From an uncultured Gemmatimonadales bacterium (GTDB lineage: Bacteria > Gemmatimonadota > Gemmatimonadetes > Gemmatimonadales > GWC2-71-9), in assembly GCA_963728915.1 (NCBI GenBank), contig CAVSLV010000002.1, forward strand, positions 64,001 to 128,000: 64,000 nucleotides of DNA, in the 5' to 3' direction. The notes beneath the pieces were generated by a model. That model saw only the letters and a list, made by a program, of their open reading frames with translations. It was not told the origin of the DNA and searched no databases. The position numbers and the translations under genes are program-made. This document shows, in pieces, positions 1 through 9,908 of this stretch. Position 1 is the first letter of the stretch; each line of letters opens with the position of its first letter.

Positions 1-543
1 GACCTGACCGCGCTCGACGCTCTTCAGAATGACCGTGCCGCTGATCGGGGCGCGCACTTCGGTGTCTTCCATCGCGATCTTGGCATTCTCGACCGCGACG
101 TCCGCCGCCACCACCGCGGCCTTGGCGTTGGCAACCGCGAGCACCGCATTCTCGTGCTCTTCCTGCGAAATGGACTGGGACTTGAAGAGCTCGTCGGCGC
201 GGGCCCGCTGCGCTTCCGCGTTGATCAGGCGGGCCTTGGCCACATCGAGGTCGGCCTGGGTCTGGTTGAGCCGGTTGCGGGGCGTGCGCTGATCCACCCG
301 AACCAGCAGCGTCCCCCGCTCGACGTTCTGCCCGGTTTCGGCCCGCATGTCGAGGATTTCGCCCGAGGCCTTGGACTTCACCTCCACGACCGTGTCGGGC
401 TGGATCACGCCGGTGGCCCGGGCCGACACCACGATGGTGCGACGCTCGACCGGCACCGCCTGGTAGAGCACCGGCTTGGGTTTCTCCTTGCAGCCGATTG
501 CCGCCAGGCCAAGCAGGACAGGAACCAATCTGGACTTCCGCAT
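1..543 (-). CDS. Efflux periplasmic adaptor (MacA-like MFP), lipoprotein; 3' end runs off the window
   Basis: Translated by hand from ATG at 543: [18 protein letters not shown] (lipobox)...IVVSARATGVIQPDTVVEVKSKASGEI. ATGA overlap with the ABC ATPase stop. Confidence 0.85.
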   Translation of the reverse strand, partial: MRKSRLVPVLLGLAAIGCKEKPKPVLYQAVPVERRTIVVSARATGVIQPDTVVEVKSKASGEILDMRAETGQNVERGTLLVRVDQRTPRNRLNQTQADLDVAKARLINAEAQRARADELFKSQSISQEEHENAVLAVANAKAAVVAADVAVENAKIAMEDTEVRAPISGTVILKSVERGQV

Positions 544-1295
544 CAGGACCCTCGTGGAGTGGTGACGTCGCGCTCGACCATCCCGTCCCGCAGGTGGACC
601 TGACGGTGGGCGTGCGCCGCGATGTCGTGTTCGTGAGTGACGAGGATGATGGTCTGCCCTTCCTGGTGCAGCTGGTCGAACAGGGCCAGGATCTCCTCGC
701 TGGTTTTCGAATCGAGATTGCCGGTGGGCTCGTCGGCCAGAATGATGCTGGGGTGATTCACCAGCGCCCGCGCGATCGCCACGCGCTGCCGCTGCCCGCC
801 GGAGAGCTCGTTGGGCCGGTGGGTCATCCGGTCGCCGAGGCCGACCCGCTGCAGCGCCTCACTGGCGGCTTTGCGCCGGTCCTTGGAACCGACTCCTCCA
901 TAGATCATCGGCAGCTCCACGTTCTGGAGCGCGGTGGCCCGGGGCAGCAGGTTGAAGGTCTGGAAGACGAACCCGATTTCCTTGTTCCGGATCCGGGCCA
1001 GCTCGTCGTCGCCCAGCTCGGAGACCCGGTGCCCGTTGAGCCAGTATTCGCCTTCGGTGGGCGAATCGAGGCAGCCGATCAGGTTCATCAGGGTGGACTT
1101 GCCCGACCCCGAGGGACCCATGATCGCCATATACTCGTTCCGCCGGATGGTGAGATCCACCCCCCGCAGAGCCCGAACGATTTCGGCGCCCATCTGGTAT
1201 TCCCGTTTCATGTTCCGCACGACGATCACGGCATCGCGGGGCACATCCGAGGGGAGCATGGCCATGCGTTCAGCGGTGTTGGATACCGCGGTCAT
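543..1295 (-). CDS. ABC transporter ATP-binding protein (MacB/LolD type)
   Basis: Walker [10 protein letters not shown], signature [30 protein letters not shown]. Confidence 0.95.
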   Translation of the reverse strand: MTAVSNTAERMAMLPSDVPRDAVIVVRNMKREYQMGAEIVRALRGVDLTIRRNEYMAIMGPSGSGKSTLMNLIGCLDSPTEGEYWLNGHRVSELGDDELARIRNKEIGFVFQTFNLLPRATALQNVELPMIYGGVGSKDRRKAASEALQRVGLGDRMTHRPNELSGGQRQRVAIARALVNHPSIILADEPTGNLDSKTSEEILALFDQLHQEGQTIILVTHEHDIAAHAHRQVHLRDGMVERDVTTPRGS

Positions 1296-2644
1296 AGCGG
1301 CCTCCCGATGAGGGCGGAAAGTTGGGCGCGGGCGCGGATATAGTCGAACCGGGCGGTGACCGCGTCCACTTCGGCCTGGTTCAGCGCTTCCTGCGAGGTC
1401 AGCACATCAACAATGGTCGAGGCGCCGAGCCGGAAACGTTCCTGCTGGACCCGGAGATCCTCACCGGCGGCCTGCACGCTGGTCTGGGTGATCCCGAGCC
1501 GGAGCCGGGCCGCCTCGAGCGACGCCAGGGCCGACGTCACACTGGCGAGGACCTGGCGGCGGGCTTCCGCGGCGTTGGCGTCGGCCAGCTCCGCACTCGA
1601 CACCGCGGTCGCGATCGATTGCTCCCGCTGAAACCGGTTGAAGATCGGCCAGCTGAGCTGAAGATTGAACTGGCGCTGCTGAAGGAAGTTGTAGTCGTTC
1701 TGCCGGCTTCCGTTCAGGGAGATCTGGGTCGAAAGGCTGAGGGTCGGAAAGTACGCCGCCTTGGCGACGCCGACCGAAGCGCGGGACGACATCGCCGAGG
1801 CTTCCGCGGCAATCACCGACGGCGCTTTCGCGAGGGCTTCGCTCCGAATGGCGTTGGTGTCGACGGTGCTCATGATCTGATAGAGCGCGGTGTCGTCCAC
1901 CGCGCCGACCGGACCATCGGCGCCGACCAGGCGTCCCAGGTTGGCCTGAGCCACCTCGAGGCTGGTCTGCGCCTGGAGCAGCTGCAGCCGTGCGTTCCCC
2001 AGGGTCACCAGCGAACGAAGCGAATCGGAGCGAATGCCCCGGCCGGCATGGAGCAGCGACACCGACACGTTGAGCTGTTCCACGGCGCGCCGCACGCTGG
2101 CCTGGCGCACCGTGAGAAGCTGCTCCGCGGCCAGCACGTCGAAGTAGGTATTCGTCGTGGTGAGCTGCTGGTTGAACTGCGCGTTCACCAGCCCGGCCTC
2201 GGCGGCGTTCTCATTGGCATTCGCCGCCTTCCGCTCACTGGTGCGGCGGAATCCGGCGAACAGATCGATGCTCGAGCTGACGCTGCTGTTGACACTTCGA
2301 TTGGTGCTGCCGCTGGTGACGATCTGTCCGGTGCTGGGATCGACCCGGGCTCCTTCGGAATAGAAATCGCCAATCGACCCGTTCAGGTTGAAGGTCGGGA
2401 GAAAGGCGCCCAGCGAGGACCGTTTGCGAGCTGCGGCGTTGCGCACCGAGCCGAGCGCGGAGACCACACTCGGTTGCACCTGGTTGGCCCGCGCGATCGC
2501 TTCGGCGAGGGTCATCCGGGGGACATCCAGGCCGGGCGCCCTGCGCATCGTGTCCACGACTTGCGCGGCCGCCGATCCGGTCACTCCGACCAGGCCGAGG
2601 GCGAACAACAGGAGGGCCGCGTTACGGCCGGGACGGCGGGGCAT
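1292..2644 (-). CDS. TolC-family outer membrane efflux protein
   Basis: Signal peptide, [10 protein letters not shown] start of mature domain, C-terminal [16 protein letters not shown]...LSALIG. Start may instead be 2665. Confidence 0.9.
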   Translation of the reverse strand: MPRRPGRNAALLLFALGLVGVTGSAAAQVVDTMRRAPGLDVPRMTLAEAIARANQVQPSVVSALGSVRNAAARKRSSLGAFLPTFNLNGSIGDFYSEGARVDPSTGQIVTSGSTNRSVNSSVSSSIDLFAGFRRTSERKAANANENAAEAGLVNAQFNQQLTTTNTYFDVLAAEQLLTVRQASVRRAVEQLNVSVSLLHAGRGIRSDSLRSLVTLGNARLQLLQAQTSLEVAQANLGRLVGADGPVGAVDDTALYQIMSTVDTNAIRSEALAKAPSVIAAEASAMSSRASVGVAKAAYFPTLSLSTQISLNGSRQNDYNFLQQRQFNLQLSWPIFNRFQREQSIATAVSSAELADANAAEARRQVLASVTSALASLEAARLRLGITQTSVQAAGEDLRVQQERFRLGASTIVDVLTSQEALNQAEVDAVTARFDYIRARAQLSALIGRPL

Positions 2645-3038
2645 TCCGATTCCTTTCCGGTCCATTCGCCTTGCGAAGGCTGTCCTGGCGCTGGATGATG
2701 GCGTTGTACCTGGCCTGCTGCTCCGGCGTCAGGATCGCGAACACTTCCTGGCGAACGGTCACCCGTTCCGATTCCATCTGAGGGAATTTCGAGCGAATCT
2801 CCGTCCAGATCGAATCCATGGTCGGCTGGTGCCGGTCCAGGACCGCCTGGATCCGATCCTTCTGTTCCTGGTTCAGATCGAGATCCTGGGCCAGCCGCTC
2901 CACATAGGTCGGGCGGGGACGGCGACTGCTCTCATGGGCCTTCCGCTCGGCGAAGCTGGTCAGGGAGCCGCCCAGGAGACCGCCCAGCACGAAGGTGGCG
3001 ACCAGCATCGCGGCGGCGCCGATGCGCGACCGGGTCAT
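2622..3038 (-). CDS. Spy/CpxP-like periplasmic helical protein
   Basis: N-terminal hydrophobic helix, then LDLNQEQ and ILTPEQ motifs. Lies in the ECF operon. Confidence 0.65.
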   Translation of the reverse strand: MTRSRIGAAAMLVATFVLGGLLGGSLTSFAERKAHESSRRPRPTYVERLAQDLDLNQEQKDRIQAVLDRHQPTMDSIWTEIRSKFPQMESERVTVRQEVFAILTPEQQARYNAIIQRQDSLRKANGPERNRNAPPSRP

Positions 3039-3379
3039 CGTCGCTCCATCAGGGCGGACATGATCTCGTCCACCTTGGGCGGCTGGGGCGACAGCACGGT
3101 GTGGGCGGGGAGCGAGGCCACCATCACCCCGCTGTCCGGCGCCGGTCCCGAGGCGAGCCAGCCCCCGAACCAGAGGAGCAGCGCGGCGGCGATCGCCGCC
3201 GCCATAACCCGCGGACGGGCCCACCCGGCCAGCACGTCCCATTGGGTCCCCGGTGCGGCGCCGATGAGCGCGCCCCGGAGCCGGCGCAGAAACGCCTCCG
3301 GCTCGGGCCCGGTGAGCTCGGCCCGCAGAACCCGGCCGAGCGCTTCGTCCGGCTGATTGTCGAATTCCGATTGCATCAT
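3035..3379 (-). CDS. Putative membrane anti-sigma factor
   Basis: About 114 aa with one TM helix (VMAAAIAAALLLWFGGWL); overlaps the stop of the ECF sigma gene. Confidence 0.6.
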   Translation of the reverse strand: MMQSEFDNQPDEALGRVLRAELTGPEPEAFLRRLRGALIGAAPGTQWDVLAGWARPRVMAAAIAAALLLWFGGWLASGPAPDSGVMVASLPAHTVLSPQPPKVDEIMSALMERR

Positions 3380-3918
3380 TTCATTCCCTCCGCCAGAGTC
3401 CCCAGCACGCGACGCATCGCGCGGCGTGCGTGAAAGACATAGGATCGCACCGTTCCTTCGGGCACGCCGAGCGACTCGGCAATCTCGGCGTGGCCCCACC
3501 CTTCCGCATCGAACAGCACCAGCGCGATACGCTGCCGCTCGGGCAACGTGGCCAGCCCGGCCTGCAGCTTTTCCCGGAGCAGGGCGGCTTCGGCCCGGCG
3601 ATCGGGACTCAACCCGCCCGATTCCAGCGAGTCCACGATCGGCTCGGCCTGTCGTACCCGGCTGCGGCGGCGCGAGTCGAGCGCCGCATTCACCACGATT
3701 CGCATGAGCCAGGGGCGGAACGGCCGGGCAGGGTCATAGCGATCAATGGCTCGCCACGCGGCAAGCACGCCTTCCTGGACCGCGTCATCCGCATCGTCGT
3801 CATCGCGGAGGATCGCCCGCGCGGCCCGCCGCGCTGCCAAGCCGTACCGCTCAACCAACTCACCAAAGGCGTCCGATTCGCCTCGCGCAGCCTTCCGGGC
3901 GAGCTCGGCGTCTTCCAC
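3376..3918 (-). CDS. ECF (group 4) RNA polymerase sigma factor
   Basis: Region 2 DADDAVQE...FRPWLMRIVVN; region 4 LPERQRIALVL...AEIAESLGVPEGTVRS. Probable GTG start at 3918 (alternative TTG at 3945). Confidence 0.92.
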   Translation of the reverse strand: MEDAELARKAARGESDAFGELVERYGLAARRAARAILRDDDDADDAVQEGVLAAWRAIDRYDPARPFRPWLMRIVVNAALDSRRRSRVRQAEPIVDSLESGGLSPDRRAEAALLREKLQAGLATLPERQRIALVLFDAEGWGHAEIAESLGVPEGTVRSYVFHARRAMRRVLGTLAEGMK

Positions 3919-3926
3919 GTCCGAGT

Positions 3927-3953
3927 TACGCAGGGCAGTCTCCAAGCGTTGAA
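3927..3953 (-). promoter_or_regulatory. Candidate ECF-type autoregulatory promoter (TTCAAC-N17-CGTA)
   Basis: AAC in the -35 and CGT in the -10, typical of ECF promoters, 8 nt before the GTG start. Confidence 0.4.
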
Positions 3954-3986
3954 ACCGTTGTGGAACCGTAACCTGTCCGGTTGCAG

Positions 3987-5378
3987 TCAGTTGGGTTCCG
4001 TTCCCCAGCTCTCCAGCCAGGCCGATAACGAGAGCCAAAGTGCCATTCCTCCGAAAACCACCGCCATGGGTTTGGGTACAACCAGGAATAGGATGCCCAG
4101 AGCGGCGAGAGCGATGCTCGCCTGGAGCAGGATCGACCGCCGGGCCCCGGCCACCACGGCCCACACCGCCACCACCGCCCGGCGTCGGCGTTCCCGGAAG
4201 CCGGGCCGGTGCGGCCCCTTGTCGAGCGCCTCGGGATGCACCGCCGCCAGACGCTGACTCCGCCGCCCCCGGGGTGGCCGCAACAGGATCTCGACGCTTT
4301 CCTCGATGTCGCGGCGGTACCGTGCTTCCATCGCGAGGCCGAGCCGGACATCGTCGGCCACGACATCGAGCTCGTAGTTCGCCAGCAGGCTCGACACATT
4401 GAGATTGGTCGACCCGATCCGGACCCACCGCCCATCGGTCACCACCGTCTTGGCGTGGAGCATGGGACCGCGCCATTCGAAGATTCGGACCCCGGCACGG
4501 AGCAGATCGCGGTACCCGATGCGGGTCAGGTTCTGAAGATGGGTGAGGTCGCTGGTGCCGGGCACCAGGAGTCGCACGTCGAGTCCGGCCCGCGCCGCGT
4601 CCATCAACCCCTGGTAGATCTCCCGGGGCGCGACCAGATACGCGTCGGTGATCCAGATCCGCTGTTCGGCGCCGTCCAGCAGGTGCGCGGTGACCCGCGA
4701 GGCGCGAACACTGCCCGGCTCGCCCGCCATGATCCGGAGCTCGGAGTCGCCCTGGACCGGGGTTTCCGCGGCTAGCTCGGACGAGGGCAGTGCTTCGCCG
4801 ATGGTGGACCAGAGGTGGGCAAAGGCCTGATCGGCGGCGAGGGCGGCGGGTCCGTCGATGGCCAGGGCGGTGTCCCGCCAGGGTTGCCGGTTCTTGGCGG
4901 GATTGCCGGCCCACTCGTTGCCGATGCAGTGGCCGCCAATGACGGTGGTGATCCCGTCCACCACCAGCACCTTGCGATGATCCCGCATCAGGTTGCGGCG
5001 GATCCGGAGGAGATTCGGCGGATTGAAGATCCGGATCTCCACGCCCGCCTTGCGCAACCGGCGCCAGAATCGCGGCCGGGTGGTAAAGGAGCCCAACCAG
5101 TCGGTCACGATCCGGATCGACACCCCGGCACGGGCGCGCTCGATCAGGGCATCGGCGAAGCGCCGACCGGTTTCGTCTCCCCGGAAGATGTAGCTGTCGA
5201 AATGGATCCATCGGCGCGCCGCCGCGATCCGGGCGAGCATCGCAGGGAAAATCTCGGGACCGTCGAACAGCAGAGAGACCTGGTTCCCGGGAATGGCACG
5301 GCCGCCGGTGGCCCGGTCCAGGGCTCGATCCACCACGTCCGGAAGCGGCGGGCGCACCGCTTCGGGGAGCGGGCTCAC
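3987..5378 (-). CDS. cls: Cardiolipin synthase / phospholipase D family
   Basis: Two HKD motifs (HRKVLVVDG, HAKTVVTDG). GTGA overlap with the upstream HD gene. Confidence 0.88.
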   Translation of the reverse strand: MSPLPEAVRPPLPDVVDRALDRATGGRAIPGNQVSLLFDGPEIFPAMLARIAAARRWIHFDSYIFRGDETGRRFADALIERARAGVSIRIVTDWLGSFTTRPRFWRRLRKAGVEIRIFNPPNLLRIRRNLMRDHRKVLVVDGITTVIGGHCIGNEWAGNPAKNRQPWRDTALAIDGPAALAADQAFAHLWSTIGEALPSSELAAETPVQGDSELRIMAGEPGSVRASRVTAHLLDGAEQRIWITDAYLVAPREIYQGLMDAARAGLDVRLLVPGTSDLTHLQNLTRIGYRDLLRAGVRIFEWRGPMLHAKTVVTDGRWVRIGSTNLNVSSLLANYELDVVADDVRLGLAMEARYRRDIEESVEILLRPPRGRRSQRLAAVHPEALDKGPHRPGFRERRRRAVVAVWAVVAGARRSILLQASIALAALGILFLVVPKPMAVVFGGMALWLSLSAWLESWGTEPN

Positions 5379-5950
5379 CCCGTGCCGAGCCCCAGGATAC
5401 GCTCGTGGGGTCGCAGCGCCCCGAGCAGGAACCCGATCAGCTCGTCGAGCGGGATCTCGAGCTCGGCGGCGCCGGTGGTCACGTCCTCCCGGCTCACCCC
5501 CCGGGCGAATGCCTTGTCCTTGAGCTTTTTCCTGACACTGGCGACTTCGAGATCGGCGAGGCTTCGGGAGGGTCGCACCAGGGCGCAGGCCACCAGGAAC
5601 CCGGACAGCTCGTCGACCCCGAACAGGGCCCGGGCCAACGGGGTGGTTCGGGGCACTCCGGTGTACGCGGCGTGGCCGAGGATGGCCTGACACGCATCTT
5701 CGGAGAGGCCCCGCGCCGCCAGGATCCGCACGCCCTCGGCGGGGTGCTCCCGGTCGGGCGCGTGCTCCGGGTTAGGAAATCTTTCGTAATCGAAATCATG
5801 GACCAGCCCGACCACCCCCCACGCCTCCGGATCGCCCCCCAGCCGGTCCGCCATGGCGCGCATCGCGATCTCCACGGCGTACATGTGCCTCCGGAGCGGC
5901 TCCGAGGCGGTGTACTCGTGCATGAGGGCCAGCGCGTCAGCGCGATCCAT
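5375..5950 (-). CDS. HD-domain metal-dependent phosphohydrolase
   Basis: RRHMYAVE...GLVHDFDYE...ILGHA...DELSG. Confidence 0.85.
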   Translation of the reverse strand: MDRADALALMHEYTASEPLRRHMYAVEIAMRAMADRLGGDPEAWGVVGLVHDFDYERFPNPEHAPDREHPAEGVRILAARGLSEDACQAILGHAAYTGVPRTTPLARALFGVDELSGFLVACALVRPSRSLADLEVASVRKKLKDKAFARGVSREDVTTGAAELEIPLDELIGFLLGALRPHERILGLGTG

Positions 5951-5952
5951 AC

Positions 5953-6366
5953 CTAGTGCTGCACCAGGCCCTCGCCGGGCAACTGGGAGGCGGAGAGCGG
6001 CACCCGGACCGCCTCTCCGGCGTCCATCGTGATGTCGAACCAGTAGGTGCCGGCGTGGGGCAGCGGCACGTCGAACACCAGCACCGCGCCGGCTTCGATC
6101 TCGGTGACGCCGGCGGGCGGCTCGCCGAACTGCACGGTCCCCTCTCCACCGAGGAGCTCCTGATCCTCCTCATCCACAAAACGGATCCGGATCGGATGCT
6201 GGCCGATCTCGGTGCGCCGGCCCCGCACCCGGAGCACCAGGTGGGTGCGGGGGTGCATCGCGGGGAACGCCGCTACCCAGACGTGCTGAAAGATCCCCAG
6301 CACGGACAGCTTACCGTGCTGGTCGATGAGGGCGTAGTCGGCGAGGACCGCGAAGTCGACGTGCAC
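5953..6366 (-). CDS. Conserved hypothetical beta-sandwich protein (DUF6941-like)
   Basis: VDFAVLADYALIDQHGKLSVLGIF motif; GTG start just after the PPIase stop. Confidence 0.65.
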   Translation of the reverse strand: MHVDFAVLADYALIDQHGKLSVLGIFQHVWVAAFPAMHPRTHLVLRVRGRRTEIGQHPIRIRFVDEEDQELLGGEGTVQFGEPPAGVTEIEAGAVLVFDVPLPHAGTYWFDITMDAGEAVRVPLSASQLPGEGLVQH

Positions 6367-6367
6367 C

Positions 6368-6814
6368 TCAATCCACTCGGATCGACGTGATCTCGTCTCC
6401 CTGACGGATCTTCCCGACGATATCCATCCCGTTCCGGACCTGGCCGAACACGGTGTGCTTCTTGTCGAGATGGGGCTGGGGCGAGTGACAGATGAAGAAC
6501 TGGCTTCCACCGGTGTCCTTGCCGGCATGCGCCATCGAGAGCGTTCCCGCCTCATGCCGGTGGGTGTTCTTGTGGGTCTCGCACTTGATCGTGTAGCCCG
6601 GCCCGCCGGTTCCGGCCCGCGGGTTCTTGGGATCCTTGGAGAGGGGATCGCCGCCCTGGATCATGAAATCGGCGATGACCCGGTGGAATCGGGTCCCGTC
6701 GTAGAATTGCGAGTTGGCAAGCTTCTCGAAGTTCGCCACGGTATCGGGAACCTCGGTGTCGAACAGCTCCGCCGTGATGGTGCCCTTGCTGGTCTCAATG
6801 GTCGCGGTTTTCAT
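6368..6814 (-). CDS. Cyclophilin-type peptidyl-prolyl cis-trans isomerase
   Basis: [54 protein letters not shown] before the ATG. Confidence 0.95.
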   Translation of the reverse strand: MKTATIETSKGTITAELFDTEVPDTVANFEKLANSQFYDGTRFHRVIADFMIQGGDPLSKDPKNPRAGTGGPGYTIKCETHKNTHRHEAGTLSMAHAGKDTGGSQFFICHSPQPHLDKKHTVFGQVRNGMDIVGKIRQGDEITSIRVD

Positions 6815-6887
6815 GGCTCCTCGGCATGATGACTGGGGACAAGTTAGCCGGTCCGACGGACCCCACGACAGGGTTATCTTCGCGCCC

Positions 6888-7514
6888 ATGGATGAGCTGG
6901 AAGCGGAACGGCACCAGGCGATCCGAGCGCTCTCCGCGGCGGTCACCGCCGAGCGTCTTCCGGTCGAACAATTCGAATCCCGCATGGCCCTGGTGCGGCA
7001 GGCCCCGAACCGTGCCACGCTGGACGCCATCATCGCGGATCTGACGCCGACCGACGAATACGATCCCCCGGTCCAGATCCGCCACCATCCCGATTATCCC
7101 GCGCCGGCCGATCCGGTTGCGCCGGCCGAGGTCCTCCGGGTTTCCGCCATCCTGAGCTCCTCGAAACGGGCCGGCTCCTGGACCGTGCCGTACCGGCTCG
7201 AGGCGAAAGTGCTGCTGGGCGACCTCACCATCGATCTGCGCGACGCGGTCTTCTTTGCCGATACCCTGGAGATCGAGCTCGATGTGCTGCTGGGCAATCT
7301 GGTGCTGATCGTTCCGGCGGGGACTCAGGTCGAGAACGAATGCGAGGAGCGCTGGAGCAGCACCACCCATTCCACCCGCTCTACCCGGGGAAGCCAGCCA
7401 ATCGGCCTGCTGGTCCGGATCGGGGGCCGGGTCCGCTGGAGCAGCGTGGAGATCAAGGAGAAGCGCCGCGCCGGCGACCAGCCGGGGGGCTGGCGGAAGC
7501 TGCTCGGCGGCTGA
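6888..7514 (+). CDS. DUF1707 + LiaF(DUF2154)-like cell-envelope stress protein
   Basis: N-terminal [25 protein letters not shown]-terminal [10 protein letters not shown] beta repeats. Confidence 0.7.
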   Translation: MDELEAERHQAIRALSAAVTAERLPVEQFESRMALVRQAPNRATLDAIIADLTPTDEYDPPVQIRHHPDYPAPADPVAPAEVLRVSAILSSSKRAGSWTVPYRLEAKVLLGDLTIDLRDAVFFADTLEIELDVLLGNLVLIVPAGTQVENECEERWSSTTHSTRSTRGSQPIGLLVRIGGRVRWSSVEIKEKRRAGDQPGGWRKLLGG

Positions 7515-8181
7515 CCGGCGGCGCGAGCGCCGAGGGGCAGAGCCGGTTCACCACGCACCCCTCGCAGCGGGGCCGCCGGGCAATGCAGACCCGCCGCCCG
7601 TGCCAGATGAGCAGGTGGGACAGCAGGGTCCACTGCTTCCGGGGAAACAGCCCCATCAGGTCGGTCTCGATCCGGAGCGGATCGGTGTTGCGGGTTAGGC
7701 CGAGCCGCCCTCCCACCCGGGTGACGTGGGTGTCCACCGTGACGCCCTCGTTGATGCCGTAGGCATTTCCCAGCACCACGTTGGCGGTCTTCCTTCCCAC
7801 CCCGGGGAGCTCCCGCAGCTCCTCCATCTCCCGGGGCACCGTCCCGTGGTGTCGTTCGCTGAGCCCCTGGGCCATCCCGATCAGGCTTTTGGTCTTGTTC
7901 CGGAAAAATCCGGTCGAACGAATCAGGTCCTCCACCTCCGCCGGGTCGGCCGCGGCGAGGCTCTGCGGCGTGGGGAACCGGTGGAAGAAGGCCGGCGTGA
8001 CCAGGTTGACTCGCACGTCGGTGCACTGGGCCGAGAGGATCGTCGCGACCAGGAGCTCGTAGGGAGTCCGGAAATCCAGCTCGCAGTGCGCGTCGGGATA
8101 CTCCCGGTGCAGCAACGCGAAGATGCGGCGGGCCCGTTTGGCTCGCGCCGCTGCGCTCTCCTTGCCCGAGGCTCGCTTCAT
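7453..8181 (-). CDS. nth: Endonuclease III (HhH-GPD DNA glycosylase)
   Basis: LLVATILSAQCTD, LPGVGRKTANVVL, VDTHV, 4Fe-4S motif C-X6-C-X2-C-X5-C. Confidence 0.96.
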   Translation of the reverse strand: MKRASGKESAAARAKRARRIFALLHREYPDAHCELDFRTPYELLVATILSAQCTDVRVNLVTPAFFHRFPTPQSLAAADPAEVEDLIRSTGFFRNKTKSLIGMAQGLSERHHGTVPREMEELRELPGVGRKTANVVLGNAYGINEGVTVDTHVTRVGGRLGLTRNTDPLRIETDLMGLFPRKQWTLLSHLLIWHGRRVCIARRPRCEGCVVNRLCPSALAPPVSRRAASASPPAGRRRGASP

Positions 8182-9908
8182 GTCCGTCTCCCCCTCGCGA
8201 AGGCGAGAAACTCTTCCGCCGGCCTGGTGTTCAGGACTTCCTCGCGGGTGAGGCCCGCCTTGCGCGCCATCGCGAGCGCATTCTCCTGATACCCGATCGA
8301 ATCGACCCCGTGCGCGTCGGCGCCAATCGAAATCGTCACGCCGAGCTGCCGAGCCCGCCGGACCAGCCGCCAGTCGAGGTCGAGCCGGTGGGGATCGCCG
8401 TTGATCTCGAACGCCACCCCCAGCTCGGTGGCCCGGGCAAAGACCCGGTCCACGTCGAATTTGAAGGGCTCGCGGGCCAGCAGCAGCCGGCCGGTGGGAT
8501 GGCCCATGATGGTGAGCGCGGGATGCTCCAGCGCCGCCAGCAGCCGGTCGGTCATCTCCCCGGCTTCCATCCCCATCCGGGAATGCACCGATCCGATGAC
8601 GAAGTCGAACCCGGCGAGCAGCTCGCTGTCATAGTCGAGCCGGCCGTCTCCCAGGATATCCGACTCGATGCCCTTGAGGATCCGGGCGCCGGGGACCCCG
8701 GCGAGGTGGGCAATCTCGTCCCACTGCCGACGGACCTCTTCCGGCCCTAACCCGCCAGCGTACGCCGCCGACTGGCTGTGATCGGTGAGCCCGAACCAGG
8801 CATACCCCGCGTCGCGCATCGCGGGGGCCAGCTCCGCGATCCCCTGCTTGCCGTCCGACCAGGTCGAGTGGCAGTGCAGCAGGCCTTTGAGGTCGGCGCG
8901 CTCGACCAGACGGGGCAGCGCGTTCTGGTCGGCCAGCTCGATTTCATCGAGTCCTTCGCGGAGCTCGGGCGGAATTTCGGGGAGCCCGAGCGCTTCGTAG
9001 AGCTCGGCCTCACTGCCGCAGGGGAGCGCGGTGTTCGCGCGGCGGAGGACCCCGCCCTCGTAGGCCAGCCCGCGCTCCCGGGCCCGCGCTTCCAGCAGGG
9101 AGAGATGGGCAAGGTTGCCGGTGCCGCGGACCAGCGCCGCGCCGAAGTGCATCGAGCGCGCGATCAGCACTCGTCCCGCGGTGCCGCTCGGGGTCCGGAA
9201 GCCGACTTCGGACCCTCCCGGATTGACGCCGGTCACGCCGAGGCCCCGGAGCTCGCGGAGCGCGCCGGCCAGACCCTCCGGCGAATCGTCTCCCAGGTCG
9301 ACCACCAGGACCAGGTCGCCGGAGATTTCCGAGCGCCGCCGCACGTCGCCCGCGATCACGACCTGCTCCACCCCCTCGAGGTCCGCCAGCGCCTGGCGCA
9401 GGACTTCGGCTTCCCGCGCGGCCTCGTGCCAGAGCTGGAAGGTCCGCGACCCCCGCACGAACGCGATGCCGCGGAGGATCTTCTCCGCGCTCTTGGCCCC
9501 GAGCCCGGGAACCTTGGCCAGCCGGCCGTCCCGGGCCGCATCCTCCAGCTGCTCGATGGTCTCGACCCCGAGCCGATCCCGGAGCACCCGGATCCGCTTG
9601 AGGCCTAACCCGGGAATCTCCGCCATCTCGAGCAGCCCTGGCGGGACTTCCCGGCGCAGCTCCTGGAGGTAGCGCGAGTTTCCGGTCTGCAGCATCTCGG
9701 TGATGATCGCCAGGGTGGCGGGCCCGATCCCGGGAGTGGCGGCGAGGGACCCGTCGGCCAGGGCTTCCTCGACGTCGGCGGGAAGGTGGAGCACCGCCCG
9801 CCCGGCGTTGCGGAAGGCGCGGACCCGGAACTGATTCTCGCCCTTGAACTCAAGGTGCTGGGCGATCTGGTCGAGCGCCTTGACGATGGCGAGGCGATCG
9901 AGGCTCAT
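8178..9908 (-). CDS. polX: DNA polymerase X / PHP-domain exonuclease (polymerase catalytic residues degenerate)
   Basis: GENQFRVRAF, HhH motifs, EIPPELRE; PHP motifs HCHSTWSDG, TDHS, HPTGR, GADAH. Confidence 0.92.
   Translation of the reverse strand: MSLDRLAIVKALDQIAQHLEFKGENQFRVRAFRNAGRAVLHLPADVEEALADGSLAATPGIGPATLAIITEMLQTGNSRYLQELRREVPPGLLEMAEIPGLGLKRIRVLRDRLGVETIEQLEDAARDGRLAKVPGLGAKSAEKILRGIAFVRGSRTFQLWHEAAREAEVLRQALADLEGVEQVVIAGDVRRRSEISGDLVLVVDLGDDSPEGLAGALRELRGLGVTGVNPGGSEVGFRTPSGTAGRVLIARSMHFGAALVRGTGNLAHLSLLEARARERGLAYEGGVLRRANTALPCGSEAELYEALGLPEIPPELREGLDEIELADQNALPRLVERADLKGLLHCHSTWSDGKQGIAELAPAMRDAGYAWFGLTDHSQSAAYAGGLGPEEVRRQWDEIAHLAGVPGARILKGIESDILGDGRLDYDSELLAGFDFVIGSVHSRMGMEAGEMTDRLLAALEHPALTIMGHPTGRLLLAREPFKFDVDRVFARATELGVAFEINGDPHRLDLDWRLVRRARQLGVTISIGADAHGVDSIGYQENALAMARKAGLTREEVLNTRPAEEFLAFARGRRT

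Noticed and set aside
1322..2698. Long antisense ORFs (also 21473-23011, 43665-45593, 45825-47315, 48156-49847, 62691-63977)
   Set aside because: Shadow ORFs opposite genes with clear motifs. They are expected at high GC and carry no recognisable domains.
3376..5211. 611-aa ORF ending in the ECF sigma, and similar long N-extensions (9905-11443, 26265-28358, 32209-33495, 37074-38657, 59001-61847)
   Set aside because: The extensions are Arg/Pro/Gly-rich off-frame readings of the upstream genes, not fusions. Starts were trimmed.
7453..7514. 62-bp convergent overlap of nth and the DUF1707 gene
   Set aside because: Low-complexity C-terminal run-on, common in GC-rich genomes; no sign of function.
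8746..8754. TTAGGG resemblance to telomere repeats
   Set aside because: Copies are isolated, not tandem. Treated as a dispersed motif instead.
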